From NCBI GenBank assembly GCA_965222115.1, contig CBDCTJ010000007.1, positions 1,632,001-1,696,000 of the forward strand: a DNA stretch of 64,000 nt, written 5' to 3'. Origin of the DNA: Planctomycetota bacterium. Its GTDB lineage: Bacteria; Planctomycetota; PLA2; JAEUHO01. Position numbers and translations under genes: made by a program. Below, one piece after another: positions 1 to 9,608 of the stretch (within the stretch, counting starts at the first letter, position 1; the number at the start of each line of letters is the position of its first letter). The notes under the pieces were generated by a model. That model did no database searches, was not told the origin of the DNA, and saw only the letters and a list, made by a program, of their open reading frames with translations.

Positions 1-9
1 CCTGTGCCC

Positions 10-813
10 ATGTTTCAGGTCCTTGCTGTTGGTGATGTTGTTGGGCGCCCCGGTAGGCGTGCGCTTGCCTATTGGCTTCCGCGTCTACGCGAGGAGCGCG
101 CGATCGACTTCGTGGTCATCAATGGTGAGAACGCCGCATCGGGCAGCGGCATCACCCCCAAGATCTACGAGCAGATTCGCGCACTTGGCGTGGACGTGAT
201 CACCATGGGCGACCACGCCTACCGGCAGAAGACATCGATGCCGCTCTACGAGAACGAATCGAATCTCCTTCGTCCCGCGAACTGGCCTGCCGAGTCGCCC
301 GGTCGCGGCGCGTGTGTTGTCGAGGGACCGCGCGGTGTGCGGGTGGGGGTGATTCATCTACAGGGGCGCGTGTTCATGAGCGCACAGGGCGACTTTCTTG
401 CCGAGGCCGATCGTCAACTCGAATCCATGCAAGGTGACGCACACATCGTCCTTGTCGATATGCACGCCGAGGCCACCAGCGAAAAGATTGCGCTGTCTTG
501 GCATCTCGACGGTCGTGCATCGCTCGTATTTGGTACGCATACGCACGTGCCCACGGCCGATGCGGTGATTCGCCCCAAAGGGACTGCCTACATCACCGAC
601 GTGGGCATGACGGGGCCCTACAACGGTGTGATCGGTCGCATTAAAGACGCGGTGATTCGCAAGATGCGCACCAATGTGCATCATCCGTTCACAGTTGCTG
701 AGGGCGATGAACGCCTGGGTGCCGTGCACGTATCGATTGATGAAGCCACCGGGCGTGCGACGTCGATCGAAGGGCTATGGCTCGAAGTGCCAGACGGTGA
801 TGCAACGACATGA
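10..813 (+). CDS. ymdB: YmdB/TIGR00282 family metallophosphoesterase (2',3'-cyclic nucleotide phosphodiesterase)
   Basis: Motifs GDVVGRPGR, NGENAA, TMGDH, RPAN, VDMHAEATSEK, GTHTHVPTAD, YITDVGMTGP; ATG at 10. Confidence 0.92.
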   Translation: MFQVLAVGDVVGRPGRRALAYWLPRLREERAIDFVVINGENAASGSGITPKIYEQIRALGVDVITMGDHAYRQKTSMPLYENESNLLRPANWPAESPGRGACVVEGPRGVRVGVIHLQGRVFMSAQGDFLAEADRQLESMQGDAHIVLVDMHAEATSEKIALSWHLDGRASLVFGTHTHVPTADAVIRPKGTAYITDVGMTGPYNGVIGRIKDAVIRKMRTNVHHPFTVAEGDERLGAVHVSIDEATGRATSIEGLWLEVPDGDATT

Positions 814-2174
814 TCGATCCGGAACAACTGAATTACGACGTATTGAGCGTTACTGCGATTACTGAGCAAGTGCAGGGCGTGTTGCGCGTCACGTTTGATG
901 ACGTGTGGGTGCGCGGTGAAGTGTCGCAACCGCGCACACCACGTTCCGGGCATATGTATCTAACACTCAAGGACGAGGATGCCGTACTTCCGGCTGTTGT
1001 GTGGCGGTCCACGCTCGTTCGTTTGCCATTTCAACCCGATGAAGGCGATGACGTACTCGTGCGTGGCTACATCGACGTCTATCCACCGCACGGCCGCTAT
1101 CAGTTTATCGTTCGTCACATGGAGCCCTTGGGTGCGGGCGCGCTCCAGCGAAAATTTGCACAGCTCAAGGCCAAGCTTTCTGCGGAAGGCCTGTTTGCAT
1201 TGGAAGCCAAGCAGCAGCTTCCATCATTTCCACGTCGCATTGCCTTGATCACGAGCAAGACCGGCGCTGCCGTGCGCGACATGATCAAAGTCATTCATCG
1301 TCGATTTCCCCCCGTCACGCTCGTTCTGATTCCGGTTCGCGTGCAGGGAGCCATGGCCTCCGGCGAGATCGCGCGCGCTATCCACCGTGCCGATCGACTC
1401 AAGAATTTCGACGCCATCATTGTTGGTCGTGGGGGCGGATCGATTGAAGACCTCTGGGCCTTCAACGAAGAGGTGGTTGTGCGGGCCATATTCGATTGCA
1501 ACACGCCCATCATCTCTGCCGTTGGGCATGAGAGCGACGTCACGATTGCAGATCTCGTGGCCGACGTTCGAGCCGCGACGCCATCGCACGCCGGCGAGTT
1601 GGCCGTTCCCGATTGGGAGGAGATCGTTTCTTGCATCGAGAACGCGGGAAGACGAATGGCGCGCGGGCTGCGTTACATCGTAGACGTGGCGTGGCAACGC
1701 ATTGAAGCACTTGGGGAGCGTCCGGTGCTGCGGGATCCTCGGCGATTTACGTATGCACGGCGAGACCGATTGAACGCGCTTGGTCATCGTCTTCGAAGTC
1801 AGAGCCCCAAGCGGCGCGTTATTGAGCGTGCGTCGCGCGTTGAAGATCTCGCGTCGCGGCTCGCCTTACCCCTTCGTCGCCGCTTAGCGTACGAACGAGA
1901 ATCGTTGGCGCATCTGCAGCATCGCCTGGACGTACTCGCCCAGCAATCGTTACCACGCAAGCTTGAACGGCTGGAACACATGAAGCGTCGCCTCACCTCG
2001 CTGTCACCAACCGCGATCCTGAAGCGGGGCTACAGTATTACATCGCGCGTGGATTCGTCGGGCGCGCAGCACGTGGTGCGAGGCACAGAGGATGTGTCAC
2101 CCGGCGACTCGTTGATTACCCGACTCGGTGATGGGTCCGCTGTGCCCAGCCGCGTCGAAGATCAAGCCTCGTAG
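810..2174 (+). CDS. xseA: Exodeoxyribonuclease VII large subunit
   Basis: VWVRGEVS...SGHMYLTLKD OB fold, ITSKTGAAVRD, RGGGSIEDLWAFNEE, SAVGHESD, RAATPS, LKRGYSI; ATGA overlap with ymdB. Confidence 0.97.
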   Translation: MIDPEQLNYDVLSVTAITEQVQGVLRVTFDDVWVRGEVSQPRTPRSGHMYLTLKDEDAVLPAVVWRSTLVRLPFQPDEGDDVLVRGYIDVYPPHGRYQFIVRHMEPLGAGALQRKFAQLKAKLSAEGLFALEAKQQLPSFPRRIALITSKTGAAVRDMIKVIHRRFPPVTLVLIPVRVQGAMASGEIARAIHRADRLKNFDAIIVGRGGGSIEDLWAFNEEVVVRAIFDCNTPIISAVGHESDVTIADLVADVRAATPSHAGELAVPDWEEIVSCIENAGRRMARGLRYIVDVAWQRIEALGERPVLRDPRRFTYARRDRLNALGHRLRSQSPKRRVIERASRVEDLASRLALPLRRRLAYERESLAHLQHRLDVLAQQSLPRKLERLEHMKRRLTSLSPTAILKRGYSITSRVDSSGAQHVVRGTEDVSPGDSLITRLGDGSAVPSRVEDQAS

Positions 2175-2210
2175 TCATTTGCCTCCAATCAAAACCATTA
2201 GGAGCCCATC

Positions 2211-2726
2211 ATGAATTGGACCGAGTACCTCACTGCTGAGATGGAAGCTGCCTATCACGCGGTATCGGGATTACTAAAGTTCGTTGACAATGACAAGCTC
2301 GATTGGAAGCCGAGCCAAGGCACCAACTGGATGACTACGGGCCAGTTGCTCAAGCATCTAGAGACCGCGTGCGGTTTCTGCTGCAATGCGTTCATCACCG
2401 GCGACTGGGGAACGCCCGAGGGCACCGATGGCGGCGACGCCATGCCCAGCGCGGCCTCCATGCCAACCACACCATCCGTTGCCGCAACCCGCGCAGCACT
2501 TGAAAGCGACAAGAAGTTGGCATTGGATGCAGTTGCACAATTGGGTGAACAAGGACTCGCGACGAAAAAGGTCGCCGCGCCGTGGAATCCCGAACCGCGC
2601 TTGTTCGGCCATCAGTTCAGTCACATGATTGAACATTTGCAGCAACACAAGGCGCAGCTCTTTTACTATTTGAAGATGCAGGGGCATGAGGTGAATACGG
2701 GGCATATGTATGGAATGGCGCCGTAA
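2211..2726 (+). CDS. DinB/DUF664 family four-helix protein
   Basis: LDWKP...MTTGQLLKHL and C-terminal HLQQHKAQLFYYLK His motifs; AGGAG SD upstream. Confidence 0.85.
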   Translation: MNWTEYLTAEMEAAYHAVSGLLKFVDNDKLDWKPSQGTNWMTTGQLLKHLETACGFCCNAFITGDWGTPEGTDGGDAMPSAASMPTTPSVAATRAALESDKKLALDAVAQLGEQGLATKKVAAPWNPEPRLFGHQFSHMIEHLQQHKAQLFYYLKMQGHEVNTGHMYGMAP

Positions 2727-2798
2727 CGCATCCGTGCGTCCCTTCTAAGCGAGCCTCCGATCGACACGGTCATCGATCCTCTTCGCTTGCGCCCGAAT

Positions 2799-2932
2799 CC
2801 TTCTCTGAATCTGAATCCTTTGCCTAGTCCTATTCCTGGCTCTTTCGATGGTCCAGGCGTCGTGAACTCCTCCTGGGGGAACGGCTTAAGAGGCGGGTTA
2901 GGAAACAGATTAAGATTCAGGAGCGGAGAAGG
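2799..2932. repeat. Imperfect long inverted repeat between convergent genes (REP-like element or bidirectional terminator)
   Basis: Left arm ccttctctgaatctgaatcctttgccta; right arm taggaaacagattaagattcag...gagaagg; shares the CTGAATCT/AGATTCAG core with the element at 27300-27521. Confidence 0.65.
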
Positions 2933-2960
2933 GGCGTCCATTTTGATTGGCGCAGCTGGG

Positions 2961-4322
2961 CTACACTCGCACCACCCCCTCAGGCAACCCCGCCCGAAGC
3001 GGTGCATCAACACGTACACGATCTTCTACTCCCGGTCCCGTGATATGACGCCCACGCAGCGTCAATCCTCGAGCCTCAAGTCGCGCCGCGAGGGGCCGCG
3101 CGCGCTCCAGATGCCCGACGGCATAGTGCGGCACGGCGAGTTCATCTCGATGCAAGCTCATGCGCGTCGGCCGCAATGAACAAGCAAAGACATTGCAGAG
3201 TTCATGACGAATGGCATCCAGGAGCGCGTCGTCTGCTGGCGGAGGGGGCACCGGCAGCAGTCGAATCGAAAGGAGTCCGTGATCCGGAGGCACCACGCTG
3301 GGATCAATCGCATGATCAAAACGAATACCGGCAAGTCGTGTGCGGGGGATTACCGCCGTCCACGCTTCACGGCCTCGAGGGAGCTTCTCCGTGTCACGGG
3401 CATCCAGCACGACGCTGCATGAAATTTCTTCGTGGTACGGCAACGCGTGAAGTGTGTCGGCTACGAATGGGTCAGCGTCTCGTAGGAGTCGCGATTGTTC
3501 ACGCGCATTGATGGCAAGCGTTACGTGAGGCGCTGAATACGAATCTCCATCAGCCGTCTCGGCAATCCAGTCGCCCGTATCCATTTGGTATAGACGCTCG
3601 ACGTGGCGGTCACAGTGGACGCGACTTGGTAGTGCCCTTGCCACGCACTGCAAGAATGTTTGTAGTCCACCTGCCGGTACATAGGAACCTTTGCTGTAGT
3701 TAGATTCGATTCGTGATTCAAGGTCAAGCAGTGCCCCGCGTTTGTGTTCACGAGTAACCCACGGCGCCATCGTGGCGGCGGCATCTACACGATGCGGTGG
3801 CGCGCCGAACCTGTAGCCCGTGAACGCGCGCAGCCATGGATCGATCGCATGCCGTCCGTATGTGCGTCGCACAAATTCAGATAACGATTCAGCGTAGTCG
3901 CTTGAGGTTCTTGGCTTTCGGAGCGCTCGTCGCCACATTGTCCATCGTGTCTTAGAGCCCGGTGGCCAACTTGCGAGCGGGGTAAGTGTGGGTGGCACTG
4001 GAATAAGGCCCGACGGACGCCGCAGATACACCACACGAGCATCTTCGGATACTCGGGAGAGTGCCGGTGCTTCGGGCACCGTGTCGTGCCAACGCAGGAA
4101 GGCTTCACTCATGGGGTCGATCGCGAGCGTCGCCCGTGCATTTGACACGTGAGCGCCCTCCTCAGTTGCCCGACGAGTTTCATCACTCCCGACGACCGGT
4201 TCCCTCTCAAGCAGACCAACATCCGCACCGCGCCCGCTGAGCCACCACGCGTGCGCGAGCCCAGACACACCGCCGCCAACTACCAATCGCTCGTATTGCC
4301 GGCCGTGAGATGTGGCGCCCAT
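2961..4322 (-). CDS. Divergent HemY/HemG protoporphyrinogen-oxidase-like FAD oxidoreductase
   Basis: VVGGGVSGL dinucleotide motif, ESLSEFVRRTYG, GGLQTF, VPHYAVGH and C-terminal GPGVEDRV match the HemY layout; start placed at ATG 4322. Confidence 0.7.
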   Translation of the reverse strand: MGATSHGRQYERLVVGGGVSGLAHAWWLSGRGADVGLLEREPVVGSDETRRATEEGAHVSNARATLAIDPMSEAFLRWHDTVPEAPALSRVSEDARVVYLRRPSGLIPVPPTLTPLASWPPGSKTRWTMWRRALRKPRTSSDYAESLSEFVRRTYGRHAIDPWLRAFTGYRFGAPPHRVDAAATMAPWVTREHKRGALLDLESRIESNYSKGSYVPAGGLQTFLQCVARALPSRVHCDRHVERLYQMDTGDWIAETADGDSYSAPHVTLAINAREQSRLLRDADPFVADTLHALPYHEEISCSVVLDARDTEKLPRGREAWTAVIPRTRLAGIRFDHAIDPSVVPPDHGLLSIRLLPVPPPPADDALLDAIRHELCNVFACSLRPTRMSLHRDELAVPHYAVGHLERARPLAARLEARGLTLRGRHITGPGVEDRVRVDAPLRAGLPEGVVRV

Positions 4323-4388
4323 TCGTGCGATTGTGACAGCGTTCCCGCATTTTCGAGAGGGGCGGCGGGACTGCGCTATGCTGCGGAC

Positions 4389-4679
4389 ATGGCCGCGAAA
4401 AAGAAGTCTCGCTCGTCCAAAGGTTCCAAGCCGCTCTCCTTCGAGCAACGGCTCGGAGCGTTGGAAGCCGTGGTCGAGGATCTCGAAGGCGACGAGTTGA
4501 GCCTGGAAGATGCGCTCGCGCGTTACAAGGTGGGCATGGAGCACCTCAAGGCGTGTCGGACCTTGCTGGATGAAGCCGAGAAAAAGCTCGTCGAACTTTC
4601 TGAGGACAGCACCGAGCGTCCTCTGGACTTTGACGGAGACGACAAACCCACGCCCGCACCGGGTGGTGGGGTGGCGTAG
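4389..4679 (+). CDS. xseB: Exodeoxyribonuclease VII small subunit
   Basis: LSFEQRLGALEAVVEDLEGDELSLEDALARYKVGMEHLKACRTLLDEAEKKL. Confidence 0.93.
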   Translation: MAAKKKSRSSKGSKPLSFEQRLGALEAVVEDLEGDELSLEDALARYKVGMEHLKACRTLLDEAEKKLVELSEDSTERPLDFDGDDKPTPAPGGGVA

Positions 4680-4684
4680 CGAAC

Positions 4685-5137
4685 GTGACGCCAATCGACG
4701 ATAGCCCCGTCGCCGATACGACTCGCCGCGTTCCCTGGGTGTGGGTGGCACTCTTTGCGGCCATGTTCATCGCGCTGCTTGCGAGCATTTTTTGGCACTT
4801 AACCACCGACTACTTGCCCGCCTCGGCCCTTGATTTGTCGGCCTCACGCTACGCTCAGATCGACGACAAGACGGCTGTCCTTTCGTTGGTTGTAAAGAAC
4901 GTGCCCGATCAAGGTGAGGTGCATCATCAAGTCCGTCCTGCGTTTGGGGATGACAAGGCGCTCACCGTATTGATCGAGCCGTCGTCATCGCAAGACGACA
5001 CGCGCAAACACAAAGGGACGGTCAAGTTAAGAATCAAACTTCCGGTTCGCGACTTTGTACGCGTGCTCGACTATCGCTGGCATCGCGGCAGCGGTAATCC
5101 TGAGGGCACCGAGATTCAGCTCGAACGACTTCCTTAG
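4685..5137 (+). CDS. Hypothetical single-pass membrane protein
   Basis: N-terminal hydrophobic helix (WVWVALFAAMFIALLASIFW) followed by a beta-rich domain; 5 bp after xseB. Confidence 0.65.
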   Translation: MTPIDDSPVADTTRRVPWVWVALFAAMFIALLASIFWHLTTDYLPASALDLSASRYAQIDDKTAVLSLVVKNVPDQGEVHHQVRPAFGDDKALTVLIEPSSSQDDTRKHKGTVKLRIKLPVRDFVRVLDYRWHRGSGNPEGTEIQLERLP

Positions 5138-5150
5138 TCCGATACGCTCT

Positions 5151-6056
5151 CTACGCGCGGCGGGACGTGACGAAATGTGCAAGCGAGGCGAGCACATCTG
5201 CGCCCGGTATCGAGCGGATTGCTTCGAGCGCACGTGATCGCGCGAGCGCGGCCTTGCGCGTGGCCTCTTTCACGCCGTAGAGCGCAACGTACGTCATTTT
5301 ATTGGTCGCATCGTCCTTGCCCGCGGTCTTGCCGAGTTCATTCGTGGACGCCGTGGCATCCAGAACGTCGTCCACAATTTGAAACGCGAGACCCAATTGC
5401 TCGCCGTAGGTGCGCAGTGCTCCGTAGTCACTCGGCGACGCGTCGGCACAAATCGCACCGCCTTGCACTGCGGCAGAGATGAGGGCTCCCGTTTTCAAGC
5501 GGTGAATCGACCGCAAGGTGTCGGCATCCGGCGTCGTACCTCCGGCTGCTAAATCGCGAACTTGTCCGGCAACCATGCCATCGCTGCCCGCGGCCTTTGC
5601 GAGTTCCGAGGAGAGCCGCCGCGCGCGTGTGTCGTTCATCGTGCTTTCGAGCAACACACGAAACGCGTGCGTATGCAGAGCATCGCCAGCGAGGATCGCC
5701 AGCGCCTCGCCGAACACCTTGTGGCACGTGGGCTTTCCTCGACGCAAGTCATCGTCGTCCATCGCCGGCAAGTCGTCGTGAATCAGGCTGTAGGTATGAA
5801 TCATCTCCACGGCGCAGCCAAACGTGAGCGTGTGTTCTTCGTTACCGCCCAAGCAGCGCGTCGTGGCGAGCGATAGCGCAGGACGTAGTCGCTTGCCACC
5901 GGCGAACAGTGAATAGCGCATGGCTTCGTTCAGGCGATCGTCGGGCCGAGGTGCCACCAACGTATCGAGGCGTTGATCGACGAGCGTGCACGTTTCGGCG
6001 AGAAACGCGCGGGCTCTTGATGGATCGGCTTCGTGGGGGATTGGGACGGTGGACAT
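5151..6056 (-). CDS. ispA: Polyprenyl synthetase (farnesyl diphosphate synthase)
   Basis: GGKRLRP, HTYSLIHDDLPAMDDDDLRRGKPTCH (FARM), FQIVDDVLD (SARM), GKTAGKD. Confidence 0.95.
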   Translation of the reverse strand: MSTVPIPHEADPSRARAFLAETCTLVDQRLDTLVAPRPDDRLNEAMRYSLFAGGKRLRPALSLATTRCLGGNEEHTLTFGCAVEMIHTYSLIHDDLPAMDDDDLRRGKPTCHKVFGEALAILAGDALHTHAFRVLLESTMNDTRARRLSSELAKAAGSDGMVAGQVRDLAAGGTTPDADTLRSIHRLKTGALISAAVQGGAICADASPSDYGALRTYGEQLGLAFQIVDDVLDATASTNELGKTAGKDDATNKMTYVALYGVKEATRKAALARSRALEAIRSIPGADVLASLAHFVTSRRA

Positions 6057-6226
6057 CTGCTTGGGATTATGCACCCATGCAGCATCCCGCGTTCCATTCG
6101 CCGCTCCTGCGATGCGCGAACGACGGGCGAACCCCGCTCGGATTCCCATGCATGACCGCCGAATTTGGCGAGTTGACTCTTGGATCGGCCTCGCCCAGCG
6201 AGTCCCGGCGGTATTGTGGGGCCGTC

Positions 6227-8158
6227 ATGAGCTTGCTCGACCGCGTGCAGTCCCCGGAAGACCTCAAGTCCCTCACCCAGGAGGAGACAACGGCGTATTG
6301 CGACGAGCTCCGGGCGTTCCTGATTGAGTCGGTTACATCAACCGGGGGGCACCTGGGCAGCAACCTCGGCGTCGTTGAGCTGACGGTTGCCCTGCATCGT
6401 GTGTTTGACTTCAAGCACGACCGGTTGGTGCTCGACACCAGCCATCAGGTGTATCCGCACAAAGTGATTACTGGCCGCCGCGAGCGCTTCCCAACGCTTC
6501 GACAGACGGACGGTCTCTCAGGATTCATGCACCGAGGTGAGAGTCCCTACGACACGTTTACGTCCGGTCATGCCGGCACGGCGGTTTCAACCGCCGTAGG
6601 TATGGCGATCGCCGATCGTTTGCGTGGTATTGAGGATCGACGTGCGATTGCCATTGTTGGTGACGCGGCTTCCGCGGCGGGCGCCACCTTCGAAGCACTC
6701 AATCATGCCGGCGCCAACGACGCCAACGTGTTGGTCATTTTGAATGACAATCAGTGGTCGATCGCGCGCACCGTGGGCGCCATGCGCAAATACCTCAATC
6801 GCATTCGCACGCTGCCCGCCTATCGCGAGGGCAAGACCGAAGTGCTCGACGCGTTGAATCACTTGCCCTTGGTCGGCGGTCCACTCAGTCGTTGGGCGGG
6901 CAATGTCAAGGAAGCCATTGCCAACTACATCAATCCCGGTCACTTGTTCCGCGAGTTGGGTTGGACCTATTTCGGACCAGAGAATGGACACGACGCCGAG
7001 AGTCTTGAGCGACTTCTGCGCGATCTCAAACGAGTAAGCGGACCGGTGCTACTCCATGTAGTCACCGAAAAGGGGCGTGGTGCGCCGGAGCAGGGCAATG
7101 ATGCCGCGCACGCCGTGAGTGGGCGCAAGCCCGCGCCCGCGACCGACGTGGGGGCAAAGGTAGAGGCGCCAAAGGATTGCGCACCTTCGATCATCAAGTA
7201 CCAAGATGCGTTTGCGCGTTCTGTCGAGCGTGTCATGGAACACGATCCGCGTGTCGTTGCGATAACGGCGGCGATGCCCGGTGGTACAGGGCTGTCCAAG
7301 ATCCCTGCGTCGCTTCAAAAGCGCGTCATCGACGTTGGGATTTGCGAGCAACACGGTGTGGCCGTAGCTGCCGGCATGGCCGACCTCGGCATGAAACCGA
7401 TTGTGGCCATCTACTCAACGTTCTTGCAGCGCGCCTACGACCAAGTGTGGCAGGAAATTGTCGTTCAAGACTTACCGGTCGTGTTGGCCATGGACCGTGC
7501 GGGCATCGTTGGTGGTGACGGCGTCACACACCAAGGCCTTTACGACATCGCGTACTTGCGCACGTTTCCGGGCGTGATGTTGATGGCCCCTGCCGACCCG
7601 CCTGAGCTCGACGCTATGCTTCGACACGCACTCAGGCAGTCGGGACCCACCGCCATTCGCTATCCACGCGGTGGTCACGAAGACCATTCACTCGATGGCA
7701 ATGAACCCGAGATCCAGACAGGTCGCGGCGTGACACTTCGTCGCGGCAAAGATGTTGCCTTCTTCGCCTACGGCACTGCTGTTCGCGAGTGTTTACGCGC
7801 GGCGGAGCTCCTCACGCGAGACGGCATCGAGGCCACCGTATTCAACGCGCGCTTCGCTCGTCCGCTCGACACACGCGCGCTTGAACGCATCGTCGATACC
7901 CATCCACTCGTGCTCACGGTTGAAGAACACGCACGCAATGGCGGCTTCGGTGCCGCCGTACTCGAACACCTGAGTGAATGCGACCCACAACCCGCATGCA
8001 CCGTTCGCGTAATTGGCACGCCCGACCGCCTAGTACCTCACGGCGAAGCGTCCGACTGGCGCGCTCGCTTCGATATGGACGCGGCGGGATTGGTGCGACG
8101 GGTGAAGTTGGAACGTTCACGCGCTAGGGCGCGTACGCCGTCACGTTCTTCGGAATGA
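6227..8158 (+). CDS. dxs: 1-deoxy-D-xylulose-5-phosphate synthase
   Basis: GGHLGSNLGVVELTVALH, HQVYPHK, GHAGT, DVGICEQH, AIYSTFLQRAYDQ, DRAGIVGGDGVTHQG, IRYPRG. Confidence 0.97.
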   Translation: MSLLDRVQSPEDLKSLTQEETTAYCDELRAFLIESVTSTGGHLGSNLGVVELTVALHRVFDFKHDRLVLDTSHQVYPHKVITGRRERFPTLRQTDGLSGFMHRGESPYDTFTSGHAGTAVSTAVGMAIADRLRGIEDRRAIAIVGDAASAAGATFEALNHAGANDANVLVILNDNQWSIARTVGAMRKYLNRIRTLPAYREGKTEVLDALNHLPLVGGPLSRWAGNVKEAIANYINPGHLFRELGWTYFGPENGHDAESLERLLRDLKRVSGPVLLHVVTEKGRGAPEQGNDAAHAVSGRKPAPATDVGAKVEAPKDCAPSIIKYQDAFARSVERVMEHDPRVVAITAAMPGGTGLSKIPASLQKRVIDVGICEQHGVAVAAGMADLGMKPIVAIYSTFLQRAYDQVWQEIVVQDLPVVLAMDRAGIVGGDGVTHQGLYDIAYLRTFPGVMLMAPADPPELDAMLRHALRQSGPTAIRYPRGGHEDHSLDGNEPEIQTGRGVTLRRGKDVAFFAYGTAVRECLRAAELLTRDGIEATVFNARFARPLDTRALERIVDTHPLVLTVEEHARNGGFGAAVLEHLSECDPQPACTVRVIGTPDRLVPHGEASDWRARFDMDAAGLVRRVKLERSRARARTPSRSSE

Positions 8159-8168
8159 GGAAAACGCG

Positions 8169-9176
8169 CTACGCCGCCGCCTGCTTGCCGCGATCAATGG
8201 CGCGGCCCTGTTCCAGAATGCGTTTCGGGGGGCTTTTGAGGTCTTTGATGATTCGTAGGAACGCCAGTACGCGCAGCATGTAGTAGCTGATATCGACTTC
8301 CCACCAGTAGAACCCTTGGCGTGTGGAAGCGGGGTAATAGTGATGGTTGTTGTGCCAGCCTTCACCCAATGTAATGAGCGCGAGACCAAAGTGATTGCGG
8401 CTTTCGTCGCCCGTGGGGAAGCGTTTCTTGCCAATCACGTGGGCGAGCGAGTTGATGGTGCACGTACCGTGAAAGAGCACCACCGTGGATACGAAGAATC
8501 CCCAGATCAGCATTTGTGGACCGTTGGTGCCCAAGTGGGGTGCCGCATGCTCTAGCCACACGCCCAGGTAATACACGCCCACAGCGAGGAGAACGGGAAC
8601 CAACACATGAAAGCGGTCGAGGAAGCGCAGCTCGGGAAACTTGGCGAAGTCTTTGATGTTGTCTTTGTTTGAGCCCTTACTGGACTTGCCCATGACCCAG
8701 CCCATGTGACTCCAAAAGAAACCGTGTTGAACCGGTGAGTGAATGTCGCCTTCCTTGTCGGAATAGCGATGATGATCTCGATGATGGGCTGCCCACCACA
8801 GTGGACCACGCTGCACACATGAGTTGCCCGCAGCCGCGAAGATGAACTGCCAAAACCGATTGGTCTTGAATGTGCGATGCGAAAAATAGCGGTGATAAAA
8901 TGATGTGAGTGAGAACATTCGAAGGAAGTAAAGCAGGGCCGCCACGCCTACCGCGATCCAGCTCGTTCCCACCCATATGATGCCAAAGCACATAAGATGC
9001 AGGCCAATGAATGGCGCCGTGCGTACCCAGTCAATCGCATACGACTCTTGGCCTTTGTCATAGCTGGCCTGGTGTGAATCGGCACTGGAGTCGAACCAAC
9101 GCAAGATGGAGCGCGCAAACCAACGGATGGGTCGAAACGAGGACGCAGTGTGAACTGGTTTCACCGATTCAGGCAT
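8169..9176 (-). CDS. Acyl-CoA (delta-9) fatty acid desaturase
   Basis: Three His boxes HRYFSH, HRDHH, WHNNHH; TCTINSLAH; GGAGGAG SD upstream of ATG 9176. Confidence 0.94.
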   Translation of the reverse strand: MPESVKPVHTASSFRPIRWFARSILRWFDSSADSHQASYDKGQESYAIDWVRTAPFIGLHLMCFGIIWVGTSWIAVGVAALLYFLRMFSLTSFYHRYFSHRTFKTNRFWQFIFAAAGNSCVQRGPLWWAAHHRDHHRYSDKEGDIHSPVQHGFFWSHMGWVMGKSSKGSNKDNIKDFAKFPELRFLDRFHVLVPVLLAVGVYYLGVWLEHAAPHLGTNGPQMLIWGFFVSTVVLFHGTCTINSLAHVIGKKRFPTGDESRNHFGLALITLGEGWHNNHHYYPASTRQGFYWWEVDISYYMLRVLAFLRIIKDLKSPPKRILEQGRAIDRGKQAAA

Positions 9177-9310
9177 GGGGGCTCCTCCGCCATGAGGCGT
9201 GGGTAGCCTCACTAGCGATGGATGATGCCCGATTCCCCCGCGGACTCCGCGCGGATTCCCGGCGACCACCACGTCCACGGCTGGGAATCGACCTTCGTGC
9301 ACCATTCACC

Positions 9311-9322
9311 GAACATTTGTTC
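9311..9322. promoter_or_regulatory. Candidate operator palindrome GAACA-TT-TGTTC upstream of the desaturase
   Basis: Perfect 5-2-5 dyad about 135 bp upstream of the desaturase start; GAAC-N4-GTTC resembles DesT/FabR-type and Gram-positive LexA boxes. Confidence 0.35.
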
Positions 9323-9358
9323 AATTGCCAGTGCCCGGCTGCTCCCCTAGTTTGGTCC

Positions 9359-9608
9359 ATGGAAGATCGATTCAGTGCGGCAAGCGTCCTGGGGCCGAAA
9401 ACGTTAATGTGGACACCCCAGGCGATGAAGAGGAAGCGGCTTCAAGGCTCATTCGGTGATTACGAGGTCGGCGAACAGCGTGCCACGGGCGGCATGGGCG
9501 CGGTCTTTGCCGGGAGAGATCCACACCTGGACCACCGGGTTGTGATCAACGTTCCGCGTCGCCATCGCGTTTGACGACGACGCGGATGCCAAGCGCTAGA
9601 TTCTTGCG
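9359..9608 (+). pseudogene. Truncated relic of a Ser/Thr kinase N-lobe
   Basis: MEDRFS...FGDYEVGEQRATGGMGAVFAGRDPHLDHRVVINVP then stop; parallels MSDRFS...YGKYRVIEKIDEGGMGSVYSGRNLNLKTKVVIKVP of the kinase at 50388. Confidence 0.7.

Noticed and set aside
2787-3179. 130-aa and 117-aa ORFs across the first palindrome (also 27325-27867 across the second)
   Set aside because: The LNLNP/RLRFR translations are by-products of the hexamer-periodic inverted repeats, and the ORFs overlap real genes.
4323-4751. Long N-terminal extensions in the ORF track (HemY-like, dxs, purF, orn, guaA, cytochrome)
   Set aside because: The extensions overlap neighbouring genes or lack homology; downstream starts match the family N-termini.
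6655-6710. dxs ThDP motif reads GDAA rather than GDGA
   Set aside because: A single conservative change with all other motifs intact; not enough to claim altered function.
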